In this document: positions 19,296 through 30,885 of the stretch, piece after piece
Position numbering within the stretch: position 1 is the first letter of the stretch
Layout of the letters: every line of letters starts with the position of its first letter
DNA from: Alphaproteobacteria bacterium
Lineage (GTDB): Bacteria > Pseudomonadota > Alphaproteobacteria > GCA-2731375
Direction of reading: 5' to 3'
Assembly (NCBI GenBank): GCA_965232515.1
Contig: CBDDPY010000002.1
Span: forward strand, 4,800,001 to 4,864,000
DNA length: 64,000 nt
Position numbers and translations under genes: made by a program
Notes under the pieces: model-generated
Seen by the model: the letters and a program-made list of their open reading frames with translations, nothing else
What the model was told of the DNA's origin: nothing
The model's database searches: none

Positions 19296-20261
19296 TCACT
19301 CGATCGGCTGTAACGGCGTAATCGATGCAAATCCTTTTGTCTTTTTGAAGTTCATAGTGTGATTGAAATTCGAGAGTGCATCCGAAGGATCGACCCGAGC
19401 GAAGTTCATACGGTCCATCGTCTCCCGAACAAACTGTACGGATAGGATCGGTGTTGGCTCCTGGTGACCTGTCTGCGTGTTCAACATCTGGGTCATACAG
19501 GTTACGTACACTTCATTGACCGGCAATATGCGAAGGAAATCACCAGCGACCTTCAGTGCAACGCTCGCGACATAGTCTTGGTAAAGCTCATTGAACTGAC
19601 CGGCGGGCATATCTGTTTCTGACAACCTGCCACTCGCAAGCTGCTTCCGTCGGAAGTTTGGGACGATATCGTCCGAGTGGACCTCTGGCCTTGCATGAAC
19701 CAATCCGTCTGAAATCGAGAATGCAACTGCGGATCCAACTAGTCCTTCCCCGTCAAAGAGCTTTGATTCCTGGATAACCTCCAACAAAGCCTCCGCCTCG
19801 CCATTTAGGAGACGGCGCGCAAGCTCGGTATCAGCTTCCCATTCGGCCACTGCCTCGGTGTATTGAGCTTTGGCTTCCTCGTATTCTCGTTCGTCAAGCT
19901 TTGACGCTTGCGCCAGGGCATCCTTAAGCTTCTTGCGCAGCCCTGCCCACCCACCTTGGAAGATATGAAATAGGCTCGGCCTGAATCTCTTGAGCTCATC
20001 GTATGCTGCGTCTTGATGCGTCGATTGGCGCGAAGGCTCTACGGGCTTCGGTAGCCCGGCTGTCTTGTGCCAATTAATGGGATCAGCAAGATTTTTGTGA
20101 ATCGAAACCAGCGTTTCGACGTATTGCTCCCAGTTCTCAACGGCCTCCGCGGCTTCGGCCACCATCTGATCTTTGAGAGCCTGCTTGTGCCGTCGTTGCG
20201 CCTCCCTTTCGGCAGCTCTTGCCGCTGCCGTTACCGACCGAAGCGTGCCTTTCCAACCCAT
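19296..20261 (-). CDS. Hypothetical protein, lower GC, helical N-terminus
   Basis: 321-aa ORF with a GAGGGG RBS and codon usage unlike the host's. Confidence 0.8.
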   Translation of the reverse strand: MGWKGTLRSVTAAARAAEREAQRRHKQALKDQMVAEAAEAVENWEQYVETLVSIHKNLADPINWHKTAGLPKPVEPSRQSTHQDAAYDELKRFRPSLFHIFQGGWAGLRKKLKDALAQASKLDEREYEEAKAQYTEAVAEWEADTELARRLLNGEAEALLEVIQESKLFDGEGLVGSAVAFSISDGLVHARPEVHSDDIVPNFRRKQLASGRLSETDMPAGQFNELYQDYVASVALKVAGDFLRILPVNEVYVTCMTQMLNTQTGHQEPTPILSVQFVRETMDRMNFARVDPSDALSNFNHTMNFKKTKGFASITPLQPIE

Positions 20262-20580
20262 TCCGAACCCCTCATTCCGATTATGAGAGGATAGTCACAA
20301 CGCGTTGTGGCTGCAGAACAGCTATCAGCAAATACTATTGCGTGGCAGTGTCGGCCCGCTGCCAGCATGATGGTCTCCCCGCTCATTGGTGCGGGGCTAG
20401 GCTGAATCGACGTCCGGCGCATCCAGACGATACCGGCTGCGAGATAGACAAAGTCAGCCCCGGGAGATTTCTCGTTTTCACACAAATCGAAATGACATAA
20501 ACCATTGAGTCCGCACGATTCTTTCCCATTGACGGTTCCTGTGCATGGGGTTGTTCCGCAATCTCCGGGGCGCGACATCC

Positions 20581-20716
20581 CCCTCCTACGCTGCAAGCAG
20601 CTTCGGAGGGCAGGCCCCCTGCGCCACACCATGGCCCACGAAGAACCACGCGCAGGCGCCCATGCCTGGTAGATAGGGGCGGCCTGCCCCCCGAAGCCCA
20701 TTAGGGCGTAGGAGGG
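20581..20716. repeat. Palindromic element, family D
   Basis: CCCTCCTACGC..GCTTCGGAGGGCAGGCC pairs with GGCCTGCCCCCCGAAGC..GCGTAGGAGGG. Confidence 0.7.
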
Positions 20717-20759
20717 AGGCGCGGTCCCTCAGTGTCGCTGCCGTGAGCGCTAAATAGCG

Positions 20760-21968
<1,209 letters not shown>

Positions 21969-22080
21969 CTTCTCAAAGCCTCGTGCGCAAACGTCAGGAA
22001 ACGGGGGCCGGGCTGCGGCCTCCGCAAACGGCGGCGAACCTACAGGCAAGCCCCTGGACGGGCAAGTCAATCCGGCGTTG

Positions 22081-22473
22081 CTAAGCGGCCACGAACTGGT
22101 AGATCGCGAACAGCGCGGCGGCGACGATGGCGAGCCAGGTGGCGAGCGAGCCGGCCACGCGGCCGAAGCTGACGCCGGCGCTGCCGGACAGGCCCCAGGC
22201 GTGCAGCAGCCGGCCAATGACGAGCGCCGCGCCGAGGCCGTGCACGAGCGCGGCCGGGCCGCCGTTCAGCTCGATCAGCCCCATCAGGATCAGGGCCAGC
22301 GGCACGTACTCGATGAAGTTGCCGTGCACGCGGACGGCCCGGCCCAGCTCGTCCGAGCCCTCGTAGCCGATGCCGATATGGGTCTTGTTGCGCAGCCGCG
22401 CACACCGCGCGGCGAGCGCGATCAGCAGCAGGCCGAGGATGGCGGCGTAGAGCGCGGTGATGGCGACGGGCAT
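22081..22473 (-). CDS. MAPEG family protein
   Basis: [19 protein letters not shown]. Confidence 0.9.
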   Translation of the reverse strand: MPVAITALYAAILGLLLIALAARCARLRNKTHIGIGYEGSDELGRAVRVHGNFIEYVPLALILMGLIELNGGPAALVHGLGAALVIGRLLHAWGLSGSAGVSFGRVAGSLATWLAIVAAALFAIYQFVAA

Positions 22474-22483
22474 GGGCGCCTCC

Positions 22484-23635
22484 CTAGGCGGCGGGCACGG
22501 TCTCGGCGTTGTTGGCGGCGTCGGCGGCTTGGCGTTGGCTCGCCCGCAGCTTCTCGCTCGCCGACTTCAGCTGGCCGCAGGCGGCCATGATGTCGCGGCC
22601 GCGCGGCGTGCGCACGGGCGAGGCGTAGCCGGCGTCGTTCACCACCTCGGCGAAGCGCCGGATCGCGTTGTTCGACGAACACTCGTAGGGCGCGCCGGGC
22701 CAGGGGTTGAACGGGATCAGGTTCACCTTGGCCGGAATGTCCGCGATCAGGCGGACGAGCTCGCGCGCGTCGTCCACCGAGTCGTTGACGCCCTTCAGCA
22801 TGACGTATTCGAAGGTGATGCGCCGGCTGTTGCCGCCCGCCGGATAGGCGCGGCAGGCGTCCAGCAGCGCGGCAATGGGATACTTGCGGTTGAGCGGCAC
22901 CAACTCGTCGCGGATATCGTCGCGCACCGCATGCAGCGAGACCGCGAGGTTGACGCCGAGCTCCGCGCCGCAGCGCTCGATCAGCGGCACCACGCCCGAG
23001 GTCGACAACGTGATGCGCCGCTTCGAGAGCGCGATGCCGTCGCCGTCCATGACGATCTTCAAGGCCTTGGCGACGTTGTCGAAGTTGTAGAGCGGCTCGC
23101 CCATGCCCATCATGACGATGTTCGACAACAGCCGCCCGCCATCGACCGGCGTCGGCCATTCGCCCAAGGCGTCGCGGGCGAGCAGGAACTGGCCCAGCAC
23201 CTCGCTCGCCTCGAGATTGCGCACCAGGCGCTGCGTGCCGGTATGGCAGAACTTACAGGTGAGCGTGCAGCCGACCTGGCTCGACATGCAGAGCGAGCCG
23301 CGGTCGTCTTCCGGGATGTAGACGCTCTCGACCTCCTGACCGCCGCCCACCCGCAACAGCCATTTCCGCGTGCCGTCGACCGAGGTCTGGGCGCGCGCCA
23401 CCTCGGGCCGGCCGATGTGGTAGCGCTCGGCCAGCGCCGCGCGCAACCCCTTGTCCATGTTGGTCATGGCCGCGAAGTCGGTGACGCCCCAGCGATAGAG
23501 CCACAGCCAGATCTGGCCGACGCGCATGCGGATCTGCTTTTCCGGCACGCCGATGCCGCGCAGCACCTGAGCGAGGTCGTCGCGGTCCATGCCGACCAGG
23601 TCGGTCCGGTCGGCGGTGCTCTCGGCGGCGGTCAT
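22484..23635 (-). CDS. rlmN: 23S rRNA m2A2503 / tRNA methyltransferase
   Basis: [20 protein letters not shown]. Confidence 0.97.
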   Translation of the reverse strand: MTAAESTADRTDLVGMDRDDLAQVLRGIGVPEKQIRMRVGQIWLWLYRWGVTDFAAMTNMDKGLRAALAERYHIGRPEVARAQTSVDGTRKWLLRVGGGQEVESVYIPEDDRGSLCMSSQVGCTLTCKFCHTGTQRLVRNLEASEVLGQFLLARDALGEWPTPVDGGRLLSNIVMMGMGEPLYNFDNVAKALKIVMDGDGIALSKRRITLSTSGVVPLIERCGAELGVNLAVSLHAVRDDIRDELVPLNRKYPIAALLDACRAYPAGGNSRRITFEYVMLKGVNDSVDDARELVRLIADIPAKVNLIPFNPWPGAPYECSSNNAIRRFAEVVNDAGYASPVRTPRGRDIMAACGQLKSASEKLRASQRQAADAANNAETVPAA

Positions 23636-23648
23636 GTCGGGGGCTGGG

Positions 23649-24152
23649 CTATTTGCAGGCCGAGTTGATGGCCTTGTGCGCGGCGGTGAAGCCCGACAGC
23701 GAATAACGGTCGGTGGTCTTGGTGCCGCGGCGCGATTCGCCCCGGATCACCATCTTCGAGCCCCGGCGCATGGCCTGGACCAGCTTGCCGTCGTCGTCGG
23801 TGGTCTTGCTCCAGGCCGTGTCCTCATGCGTGAACAGCTCGAACTTGGCGCCGTCGATGTCGACCGAGACGGTGCTGTCCTTCTTGTAGGGATAGCCGGT
23901 GAAAATGCTGACCTCGTTGCGCGTCTTCATCCAGGGCCGGTGGGTCACCAGCACCCAGATCTCGCCGCGGTTGACGTTCTTCGGTTCGCTGTCCTGGGGC
24001 TTGCTGGCGATGTAGCAGGCCTTGCCCTTCTGTTCGTCGATGACGAAGGCGGCCCAGTCCTTGTGCTGGGACAGCGGCTTGGCGGTCTGCGCGACGGCGG
24101 GCAGCGACAGCGCCGCGAGGACCGTGACTAAAATTAAGCATCGTCGACTCAT
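23649..24152 (-). CDS. Invasion-associated locus B (IalB)-like exported protein
   Basis: Signal peptide, DW..F....[12 protein letters not shown]; usual neighbour of rlmN in alphaproteobacteria. Confidence 0.85.
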   Translation of the reverse strand: MSRRCLILVTVLAALSLPAVAQTAKPLSQHKDWAAFVIDEQKGKACYIASKPQDSEPKNVNRGEIWVLVTHRPWMKTRNEVSIFTGYPYKKDSTVSVDIDGAKFELFTHEDTAWSKTTDDDGKLVQAMRRGSKMVIRGESRRGTKTTDRYSLSGFTAAHKAINSACK

Positions 24153-24253
24153 GGCGGTAACATAGACAGCCGCCCAGGCGATTTCCAGCGCGTCAGAAGG
24201 GTTGTCCGGAACGTTGTCTTGCCGCCAACGGGGCGTTGGCATTAAATGCCTCC

Positions 24254-24832
24254 ATGAGTGATGACCGGTCGCCGGGGGAGGGTCTCGACCGCGCGGCGCT
24301 GGCCGAGCTGTTACAGGCCGTAGCCTCCCGCGCCGACCGGCAAGCTTTCGCCCTGTTGTTCGGGCATTTCGGGCCGCGCATAAAGGCCTATCTGATGCGT
24401 CTCGGCGCCGATGACGGCACCGCCGAGGAGCTGGTGCAGGAGACCATGGTGACGGTCTGGCGCCGGGCCACGACCTACGACGCGGCCCAAGCCTCTGCCG
24501 CGACATGGATCTTCACAATCGCACGAAACAAGCGAATCGACGGCCTGCGGCGCGAGCGGCGGCCCGAGTTCGACCCCACCGATCCGGCCTTCGTGCCGGA
24601 CCCGCCGCCGCCTGCCGACGAGGTCATCGACACGGCCCAGCGCGAGGACCGGGTGCGGGCGGCGATCCGCGACCTGCCCGAGGAACAGGCCGCGCTGCTG
24701 CGTGAGGCCTTCTACGAGGGCAAATCCCACCGCCGCATCGCCGAGGAGCGGGACATGCCGCTCGGCACGGTGAAGTCGCGCCTGCGGCTGGCTTTCGGCC
24801 GCCTGCGCAAGGCGCTCGACGGCGAACGCTAG
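24254..24832 (+). CDS. ECF sigma-70 factor (RpoE-like)
   Basis: AEELVQETMVTVWRRA, TWIFTIARN, PLGTVKSRLRLA. Confidence 0.92.
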   Translation: MSDDRSPGEGLDRAALAELLQAVASRADRQAFALLFGHFGPRIKAYLMRLGADDGTAEELVQETMVTVWRRATTYDAAQASAATWIFTIARNKRIDGLRRERRPEFDPTDPAFVPDPPPPADEVIDTAQREDRVRAAIRDLPEEQAALLREAFYEGKSHRRIAEERDMPLGTVKSRLRLAFGRLRKALDGER

Positions 24833-24848
24833 CGGCGTCCGCCGTCAA

Positions 24849-25382
24849 TCAGTCTTCGATCGATTTCCGGAAGATCTGCTCGCCGTGCACGTGCGGCTCC
24901 GGCGGTTCCGGCGCTGCCAGGCTCGAGACCGGACGTTTGCCGAACCGGCCCAGATTCAGCAGCCGGTCGTACATCACGATGGCGCCGGCGGTCGCGACAT
25001 TGATGCAGAACCGGGTCGGGATCTTGATGACATGGTCGCAGCGGGCGATCAGCTCGGGCGACAGGTTGCCGCGCTCGGGGCCCAGCACATAGGCCGCCCG
25101 CACCGGATGGCGGAAGGCGGGCAGCTCGACCGCGTTCTCCAGCAGCTCGACGCCGACGATCCGGCAGCCGGCCGGCAGCTGCATGGCGCCGACATCGGGA
25201 AAGTCGTAGAGCGGCACCTGGCTCGACGACCGGCTGGTGTCGGAGGCCACGTTATTGCCGCGATAGGCGGCGTTGATGGTGAACAGAAAGCTGGCGCCGA
25301 AAGCGTGCGCCGAGCGGAACAGGTTGCCGGCGTTCATCGGCTTGCTCAGCCCCTCGACCCCGATCCCGAAATAGCCGCGCAT
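24849..25382 (-). CDS. SpoU/TrmH family RNA methyltransferase
   Basis: NAGNLFRSA, LGPE, CINVATAGAIVMYDR. Confidence 0.9.
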   Translation of the reverse strand: MRGYFGIGVEGLSKPMNAGNLFRSAHAFGASFLFTINAAYRGNNVASDTSRSSSQVPLYDFPDVGAMQLPAGCRIVGVELLENAVELPAFRHPVRAAYVLGPERGNLSPELIARCDHVIKIPTRFCINVATAGAIVMYDRLLNLGRFGKRPVSSLAAPEPPEPHVHGEQIFRKSIED

Positions 25383-25519
25383 GTTCGCCTTCTTTCGTCC
25401 GTCGCTCAGGCCCGGCTACCGCTATAGTGCATAACGCCGTCCGCCGCATCATCGACGGCGTTTGAGGGTTTCTGCGGCAACAGCGTTAATCTTCGCGAAG
25501 TTCCTCTATTTCTGAATGA

Positions 25520-25723
25520 AATCAATGGGTTATATGCGGTGTCGGGATTCTTGACAGGCCGATCGGCCGCCTGCCTGAGCCGGTAAGGCGTTGAATCTAT
25601 GGCCAAAAACGGAAGCGCGATGTAGAGTTTCCAGACCGGTGCGGCCTTATCGCCGAAATAGGTGTCGGCAAACTTTCCAGTTTTTTGGCTGTCGCCGAAA
25701 CGTTCAAACCTAACGTATTGAAA
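25520..25723. promoter_or_regulatory. Putative enhancer (TGT-N11-ACA) and IHF sites upstream of the PEP-CTERM gene
   Basis: TGTCGGGATTCTTGACA at 25540-25556; near matches at 25621-25637 and 25663-25679; AATCAATGGGTTA at 25520-25532 matches WATCAANNNNTTR; one-mismatch IHF-like site at 25711-25723. Confidence 0.6.
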
Positions 25724-25741
25724 ATATTGAGTTATTAAAAC

Positions 25742-25757
25742 TGGCACGTTGCTTGCT
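25742..25757 (+). promoter_or_regulatory. Sigma-54 -24/-12 promoter
   Basis: TGGCACGTTGCTTGCT, a consensus match about 45 bp upstream of the ATG. Confidence 0.85.
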
Positions 25758-25802
25758 TTGTTGTGAGCATCTGTAATTCCTTCGACGAGGGAGAGAGTTA
25801 AC

Positions 25803-26645
25803 ATGTTGAAACGTACGATCACAGCAATTGCGCTAGCCGGGGCGATGACCCTTGGCGCGCAGTCGGCTCAAGCCGTCGCTCTTGACGGTTGGAACCTGAA
25901 CTTCAGCGTCGCCAACGGCATTGACGGACTCGCCGGTCTGAGCGACATCACCAACATTGACCAGTTCACGATCACCGGTCAGTCCACCGTTGTGCAGGAC
26001 ATTGCCAATGGTTCGCCGAATGGTCAGGCGTTCACGGACAGCGGTTTCCTGCAGTTCACCACCTTCAATACTGAAGGCAGCGCCGTGCAGGTTCCGATTG
26101 GGAGTGCAATCGGCGGCAACACGGTTTACCTGTCGTTCTCGAACCTGACGGGCATCTTCAATCCAGATGGCACGATCACCTTCGACGCCGGCGTCGGCAC
26201 GATCGATCTGTTCATCGACCAGGACGGCGATGTCGATCCGTCGAGTGGCGCAACGTCGCTTGCGCAGTATCAGATCGTGGATCCGTCGGGCGGTAGTGAC
26301 GTCGACTTCTTTGGCGGTCTCAACCCGACCGGCACCATCGACGTGACCCTTGAGCAGATCGGCGGCATTCCGGGCCTGTTCACCGACCAAAACGGTAACG
26401 ATCTCGATCTGCCGTTCGTGTTCCAGCTGGTCAACGTCAACGCCCAGCAGCCGGTTGGCGGTCCTGTCTTCAATCTGGACGGCGACGGGAACGGCACGGC
26501 CACGGTTGATCCGATCTCGAACAGCGGTCAGTTCAACATTTCGGTGGTTCCGGAGCCGGGCACCCTGGGTATCTTCGGCGTCGGCCTTCTCGGCCTCGGC
26601 ATCGCGGCAGCGCGTCGCCGCCGGCGCGAAGCGGCTGCGGCGTAA
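25803..26645 (+). CDS. PEP-CTERM sorting domain protein (possibly PepA-like, flocculation-associated)
   Basis: Signal peptide; acidic Gly/Asn/Thr-rich body; VPEPGTLGIFGVGLLGLGIAAARRRRR tail. Confidence 0.93.
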   Translation: MLKRTITAIALAGAMTLGAQSAQAVALDGWNLNFSVANGIDGLAGLSDITNIDQFTITGQSTVVQDIANGSPNGQAFTDSGFLQFTTFNTEGSAVQVPIGSAIGGNTVYLSFSNLTGIFNPDGTITFDAGVGTIDLFIDQDGDVDPSSGATSLAQYQIVDPSGGSDVDFFGGLNPTGTIDVTLEQIGGIPGLFTDQNGNDLDLPFVFQLVNVNAQQPVGGPVFNLDGDGNGTATVDPISNSGQFNISVVPEPGTLGIFGVGLLGLGIAAARRRRREAAAA

Positions 26646-26681
26646 GCTGCTCCCGCGCACCGTCGAAGGAAGTTACAACAG

Positions 26682-26718
26682 CTCCCCTCCGGCTACGGCC
26701 GGGGGGGAGTTTTCGTTT
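26682..26718 (+). terminator. Rho-independent terminator
   Basis: CTCCCCTCCGGC-TACG-GCCGGGGGGGAG followed by TTTT. Confidence 0.8.
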
Positions 26719-26794
26719 GCCTGAACATCAGACCGGACGAGCCGGCATCCGCGGCAGGGCAGGCGTCGATCGCAAAACCTTGGGGGATTGCAAC

Positions 26795-28858
26795 CTATCC
26801 GGCGGCGTCGCTGACAGCCTTCAAGTGCGGCTCGGCCGATTGATCCGGCCGCTCGGCGGATTCTCCACCAATAAGCAGTTCTTCCAGCGGCCGGCGGATC
26901 GACCGCGGCCCGACGCGCCGTGACGACGGCACGCCGATGCGACCCATCCAGAACACGTCGTCGCCGTCGCCGGCGACCAGCGTATCCAGCTTATCGGCGA
27001 GATCGGCCGCGCGCTGGCGAATCTTCGGATCGGCCGTGAAATCGATGCCGTGCCGTCCATAGTGGGCGAAGATGACCGTGGCCATGCTCGGCTGCATCGA
27101 CAGACCCAATTGCGTCGCCGTCAGCCAGAACCGCTGTACCGCCTGACCGCAGCGAATGACCGACGAAATCGCATCGTCGTCATCGACGGGCGCCTTCCGA
27201 GTCATGGTGAAATAGGCGGCGCTGCCCAGCCCCGGCAGATAGTCCATCTGCAGGCGCGCCGCGCCGGTGCCGCTGATCCGGTTCATCCGGTCCATCCGGC
27301 CCCAGTCGCGCATGGCCCAGCGCATGATCTTCAGAGTCATGGCGTCCAGGCCGACGGCGCCGACCGGAATGCCGGTGCTGCTGCGCTGCCGGCGCCAGTC
27401 GAGGATGCGCTTGTGGATGTGGAATGCCTCGGGAATACGCAGGCGGATGTCTGTGGCGACGCCGTTCAGGCGCGCAATCCGCCAGCGTTCGCCGCGGGTC
27501 TCGTGCCATTGGATCGATAATTCGTCGCCCAGCGCCGCGGCCAGCGCCTTGCGCTGCGCCGGCGTCAGCGGCGTCGCGCGATAGGGCCGGCGGTCGACCG
27601 ACCGCATATGCACGAACGGCAACAGGGGGTCCGGCGCGACGCCGGGCGCATCCGACAGCTCGACCTTGATGATGTGCGTGTGGTCCGACCCGCATTCGTA
27701 GTTCCACCACAGCATCTTGCCGTGGCGGGTGGCGGCGATCCGCATGCTCTCTAACAGGCAGCCGGCCGACAGCAGCGACGGTTGGCCGTTGTTGTAGTCG
27801 TAGATGTCGTCATCGGCCTGGTCCCGGACATGGATCGTCACCTTGTCCGGTCCCTCGATCTCGAACCGCCAGGGCTGGGTGTTGTCGCCGCTCGGCGCCC
27901 AGCGGGCCAGATCCAGGATCTGCTCCATCACCGGACCGGTTTCGCGCGCCGGCGCTTGCCAGGCCTCGCGCCCCAGCGCTTCGAAGCCCTTGTAGGCCAT
28001 CTTCAGCTTCAGCCGCTGCAGCGGATTGCGGTTGCCGCCGCGCAGCTTGCCGACCACCATCTTGCCGCGGAAAGCGTCGAACTGGTGGTAGTAGGGGGCC
28101 GCACGCACCGGGCCTCTGTTCAACAGCACCTTGATCGCCTCGGCGCCCATGACGCCGGCGCACATCTGGCAGCCGATGGCCGACGACGGGCCGCGCTGAC
28201 CGGGCAGGTCCAGGCGCGTCGGGTCCATCAGATAGGTGCGCTGCAGACCCTTCGGCACCAGGCCCATGAAGAAGTTCACGTACTGCTGGTTCTGCGTCAG
28301 GCCGTTCAGGCGGAAATACTCTTCGAAACTCATGCCGCCCGGCATGAAGATCAAATAAGCCGTGCCCATGCCCAGCGGCGCCGCCGTCATCGCGGGGATT
28401 CCCAGCTCGGCGCAGCGGGCGAACACCCGCGCGCGGACGTCGAGCACGAAAAAGTCGAAGCCGTCGATGAACAGGTCGACGCCGTCCAGGAACGCGTCGA
28501 TGTTGCTGTCGTCGATGCCGTCGGGAAACGTCGTGATCTCGAGATCGGGATTGATGTCGTGCGCCATGCGGTCCAGCGCATCCACCTTCGGCACGCCGAT
28601 GGTCGACAGGTTCGCGCCGACCTGCCGATTGAAGTTGGCGAGCTCGAAGCGGTCGAGGTCGGAGATGTGAAAGGCGCCAACACCGAGCCTGGCCAGCGTC
28701 AGCATATGCACGCCACCGACGCCACCCATGCCGGCGATTGCCACCTTCTTGGTCTTGAGCTGAAGCTGCTCCCACTCCGTAACCCAGCCGATGTTGCGGC
28801 TGAAAGCCTCGTCGTAGTCGAAATCCGGGTGCGTTTCGCTTGGTTGCGGGTTTGCCAT
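26795..28858 (-). CDS. ThiF adenylyltransferase - nitroreductase didomain protein (OxzB-like oxazolone synthetase)
   Basis: AFSRNIG, GMGGVGG, DRFELANFNRQ (ThiF); ARWAPSGDNTQPW, RSVDRRPY, GQAVQRFWLTAT (nitroreductase fold). Confidence 0.88.
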   Translation of the reverse strand: MANPQPSETHPDFDYDEAFSRNIGWVTEWEQLQLKTKKVAIAGMGGVGGVHMLTLARLGVGAFHISDLDRFELANFNRQVGANLSTIGVPKVDALDRMAHDINPDLEITTFPDGIDDSNIDAFLDGVDLFIDGFDFFVLDVRARVFARCAELGIPAMTAAPLGMGTAYLIFMPGGMSFEEYFRLNGLTQNQQYVNFFMGLVPKGLQRTYLMDPTRLDLPGQRGPSSAIGCQMCAGVMGAEAIKVLLNRGPVRAAPYYHQFDAFRGKMVVGKLRGGNRNPLQRLKLKMAYKGFEALGREAWQAPARETGPVMEQILDLARWAPSGDNTQPWRFEIEGPDKVTIHVRDQADDDIYDYNNGQPSLLSAGCLLESMRIAATRHGKMLWWNYECGSDHTHIIKVELSDAPGVAPDPLLPFVHMRSVDRRPYRATPLTPAQRKALAAALGDELSIQWHETRGERWRIARLNGVATDIRLRIPEAFHIHKRILDWRRQRSSTGIPVGAVGLDAMTLKIMRWAMRDWGRMDRMNRISGTGAARLQMDYLPGLGSAAYFTMTRKAPVDDDDAISSVIRCGQAVQRFWLTATQLGLSMQPSMATVIFAHYGRHGIDFTADPKIRQRAADLADKLDTLVAGDGDDVFWMGRIGVPSSRRVGPRSIRRPLEELLIGGESAERPDQSAEPHLKAVSDAAG

Positions 28859-28886
28859 GGCCGTATCCGTTCTGGTTCGGCGGTTG

Positions 28887-29744
28887 TCAGGCGCGCGCGA
28901 GTCCTTTCGCGCAGAAGGCGTCCCAGTGAACGCCGTCATCGGTGATGACCTCCCACACATCAGGCCGCTCGGCCTGCACGCGGTTGAGGAAGGTCTCTAG
29001 CTTGATGAAGCAGGGCTGCCGCAGGCCGTGGAACTCGACCAGCGGGCCGATCGGATCGAAATAGATGCCGAGGCGCGACAGCAGACGCAGCAGCTTCGGC
29101 TCCATGGCCGCGCACCAATAACTGACGTCGTTTTCGACGCTCATGCGGACCAGGGATTCGATCAGGCCCAGCGTCATGTGCGGCGCCACCCGCCGTTCCT
29201 CGTCGGCCGGCAGCGGCCGGCCGTCGGTAATGCCATAGAGCGTATCGCCGCGCCGGCGCCGGAAGCCCTTGGAGATGGAGAAGCGCGAGACCTCGGCCAT
29301 CTGCGCCACTGGAAACCTCTCAGGATCCTTCAGCAGCGGCTCTTGGCAGACCTGCTGGACAGCGAAACTTTCATTCGGGTTTTCCGGATCCGGCAGCACC
29401 AGCCGAACCGTGCCGGCCATGTTGCCGCTCGGGCGATGGATCAACAGGCTGTGGGTCGATCGGTGATCGAAGGCATCGGTTTCGAGGCCGTCCGGATTAT
29501 CCGCCGGGTCTTCGAACGGATTCTCGACACAATAGACCTGATAGCGCAGCCGAAAGACGTCCTCGCGCAGCTCTTCCGTGGTCGCGGGAACGACCTCGAA
29601 CCAGCGACGATAGACCTCGATCAGGCGCTCTTCCTGTTGGCCGGATGACGTATCTTTCGATGCCGGATTGCCATCGGCAACCGATGCGAGTGACGTCGGC
29701 GCAGGTTCAACGGCCTGCACGGCGGCACGCTCGTGCTTGCTCAT
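28887..29744 (-). CDS. PEP-CTERM/exosortase-associated N-acyl amino acid synthase (OxzA-like), copy 1
   Basis: FRLRYQVYCVE, ETDAFD..S.H.L, GTVRLV, AEVSRF, GPLVEFHGLRQP. Confidence 0.88.
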   Translation of the reverse strand: MSKHERAAVQAVEPAPTSLASVADGNPASKDTSSGQQEERLIEVYRRWFEVVPATTEELREDVFRLRYQVYCVENPFEDPADNPDGLETDAFDHRSTHSLLIHRPSGNMAGTVRLVLPDPENPNESFAVQQVCQEPLLKDPERFPVAQMAEVSRFSISKGFRRRRGDTLYGITDGRPLPADEERRVAPHMTLGLIESLVRMSVENDVSYWCAAMEPKLLRLLSRLGIYFDPIGPLVEFHGLRQPCFIKLETFLNRVQAERPDVWEVITDDGVHWDAFCAKGLARA

Positions 29745-29898
29745 CAAGCTTCCCCCGAGTTCACCGCAAGTTGCCGTTTCCGCAACAACAGCGCGGTCCG
29801 TACGCAGGCCCCGCCGACACGAGGACCTTTTTGTTCCGGCGGCACAGGGCACAATCCGCCAGCGATCCTTGACCCCTATGCGAGGGTAGTCGCCGGAA

Positions 29899-29915
29899 GT
29901 TAAGAGCATACTAAC
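29899..29915 (-). promoter_or_regulatory. CtrA-like box, one mismatch
   Basis: Minus strand TTAG-TATGCTC-TTAAC, about 155 bp upstream of synthase 1. Confidence 0.45.
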
Positions 29916-30036
29916 GTGGGAACGGCGAGGCGGGTGCAGCCAGGGGTTGTGTGGGGTCATGCGGGCGCCGGCATTTTGGGCAATTGCCGGGGGGATGCGA
30001 AGCGGCGGCCCATGCCGCCGCTTCTTCGACAGCAGG

Positions 30037-30885
30037 TCAGGCGGACGTCCAGCCGAGTTCGGGCTGGAAGCCGCTGTGATGCGCGGCCACATGTTCGGCC
30101 GGCCATAGCTTGCCCTTGTTGGTGATCACCTCCCAGACATCCGGCCGGCGCTGGCGGACGCCCTTCAACAGCAGGTGAAGGTTCGAATAACAGGGCTGCC
30201 GGCGGCCATGATACTCGACCATGGGACCGACAGGTTGGAACACAAGGCCCAGGCCCGCGAGCAAGCGGAGCAGCGGCGGTTCGACCACAATGCACCAATG
30301 GGTGATGCGGTTCTCGACGCTCATCTGCACCAGGCTCTTGATCAGACCCAGGGTGACGTAGGGAATCAGCCGCCGTTGCTGCTTCGCGGCATCCTTGGCG
30401 GTCGTGCCCGCCGCGGTCGGCAACTGACGCAACGTCTTCGAGATGCAGAAGCGCGAGACCTCGGCGGAGGATTTGGCCGAAAACATCGGATAGTCGCTGA
30501 TCCGCTGAAACGGAAAGCTCCGGTTCGGATTGGACGGGTTCGGCAGGATCAGGCGGACCGTGCCGATAAACCGTTGGCTCGGCCGGTGGAACAGCAGGCT
30601 ATGCGCGGAACGGCCGTCGAATTCGTCGATTTCCAGGCCGTGCGGGTTTTGCTCGGGCGACTCGAACTGGTTTTCGAGGCAATAGACCTGATAGCGCAGC
30701 CGATGGACCTCTTCCAGCAGCTCCGAGCTGTCCGCCGGCACCACGGCAAAGTACTTCTCATAGAGCGCCGCCAGGGAGTTCTGGCGCGGCGTGGTCTGTT
30801 CGCTGTTCAAGTTGTGATCGGTCCCTGCAACAGGCATATGCGATTCTTCCAACTTGTGAGGGGAATGGTTCTTGCTGTCGTTCAC
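30037..30885 (-). CDS. PEP-CTERM/exosortase-associated N-acyl amino acid synthase (OxzA-like), copy 2
   Basis: HRLRYQVYCLE, EIDEFD..SAH, GTVRLI, AEVSRF, GPMVEYHGRRQP; start may be 30837. Confidence 0.88.
   Translation of the reverse strand: MNDSKNHSPHKLEESHMPVAGTDHNLNSEQTTPRQNSLAALYEKYFAVVPADSSELLEEVHRLRYQVYCLENQFESPEQNPHGLEIDEFDGRSAHSLLFHRPSQRFIGTVRLILPNPSNPNRSFPFQRISDYPMFSAKSSAEVSRFCISKTLRQLPTAAGTTAKDAAKQQRRLIPYVTLGLIKSLVQMSVENRITHWCIVVEPPLLRLLAGLGLVFQPVGPMVEYHGRRQPCYSNLHLLLKGVRQRRPDVWEVITNKGKLWPAEHVAAHHSGFQPELGWTSA

Noticed and set aside
20231-20701. ORFs in the gap between the orphan gene and argG
   Set aside because: No motifs, they overlap a palindromic repeat, and the frames conflict.
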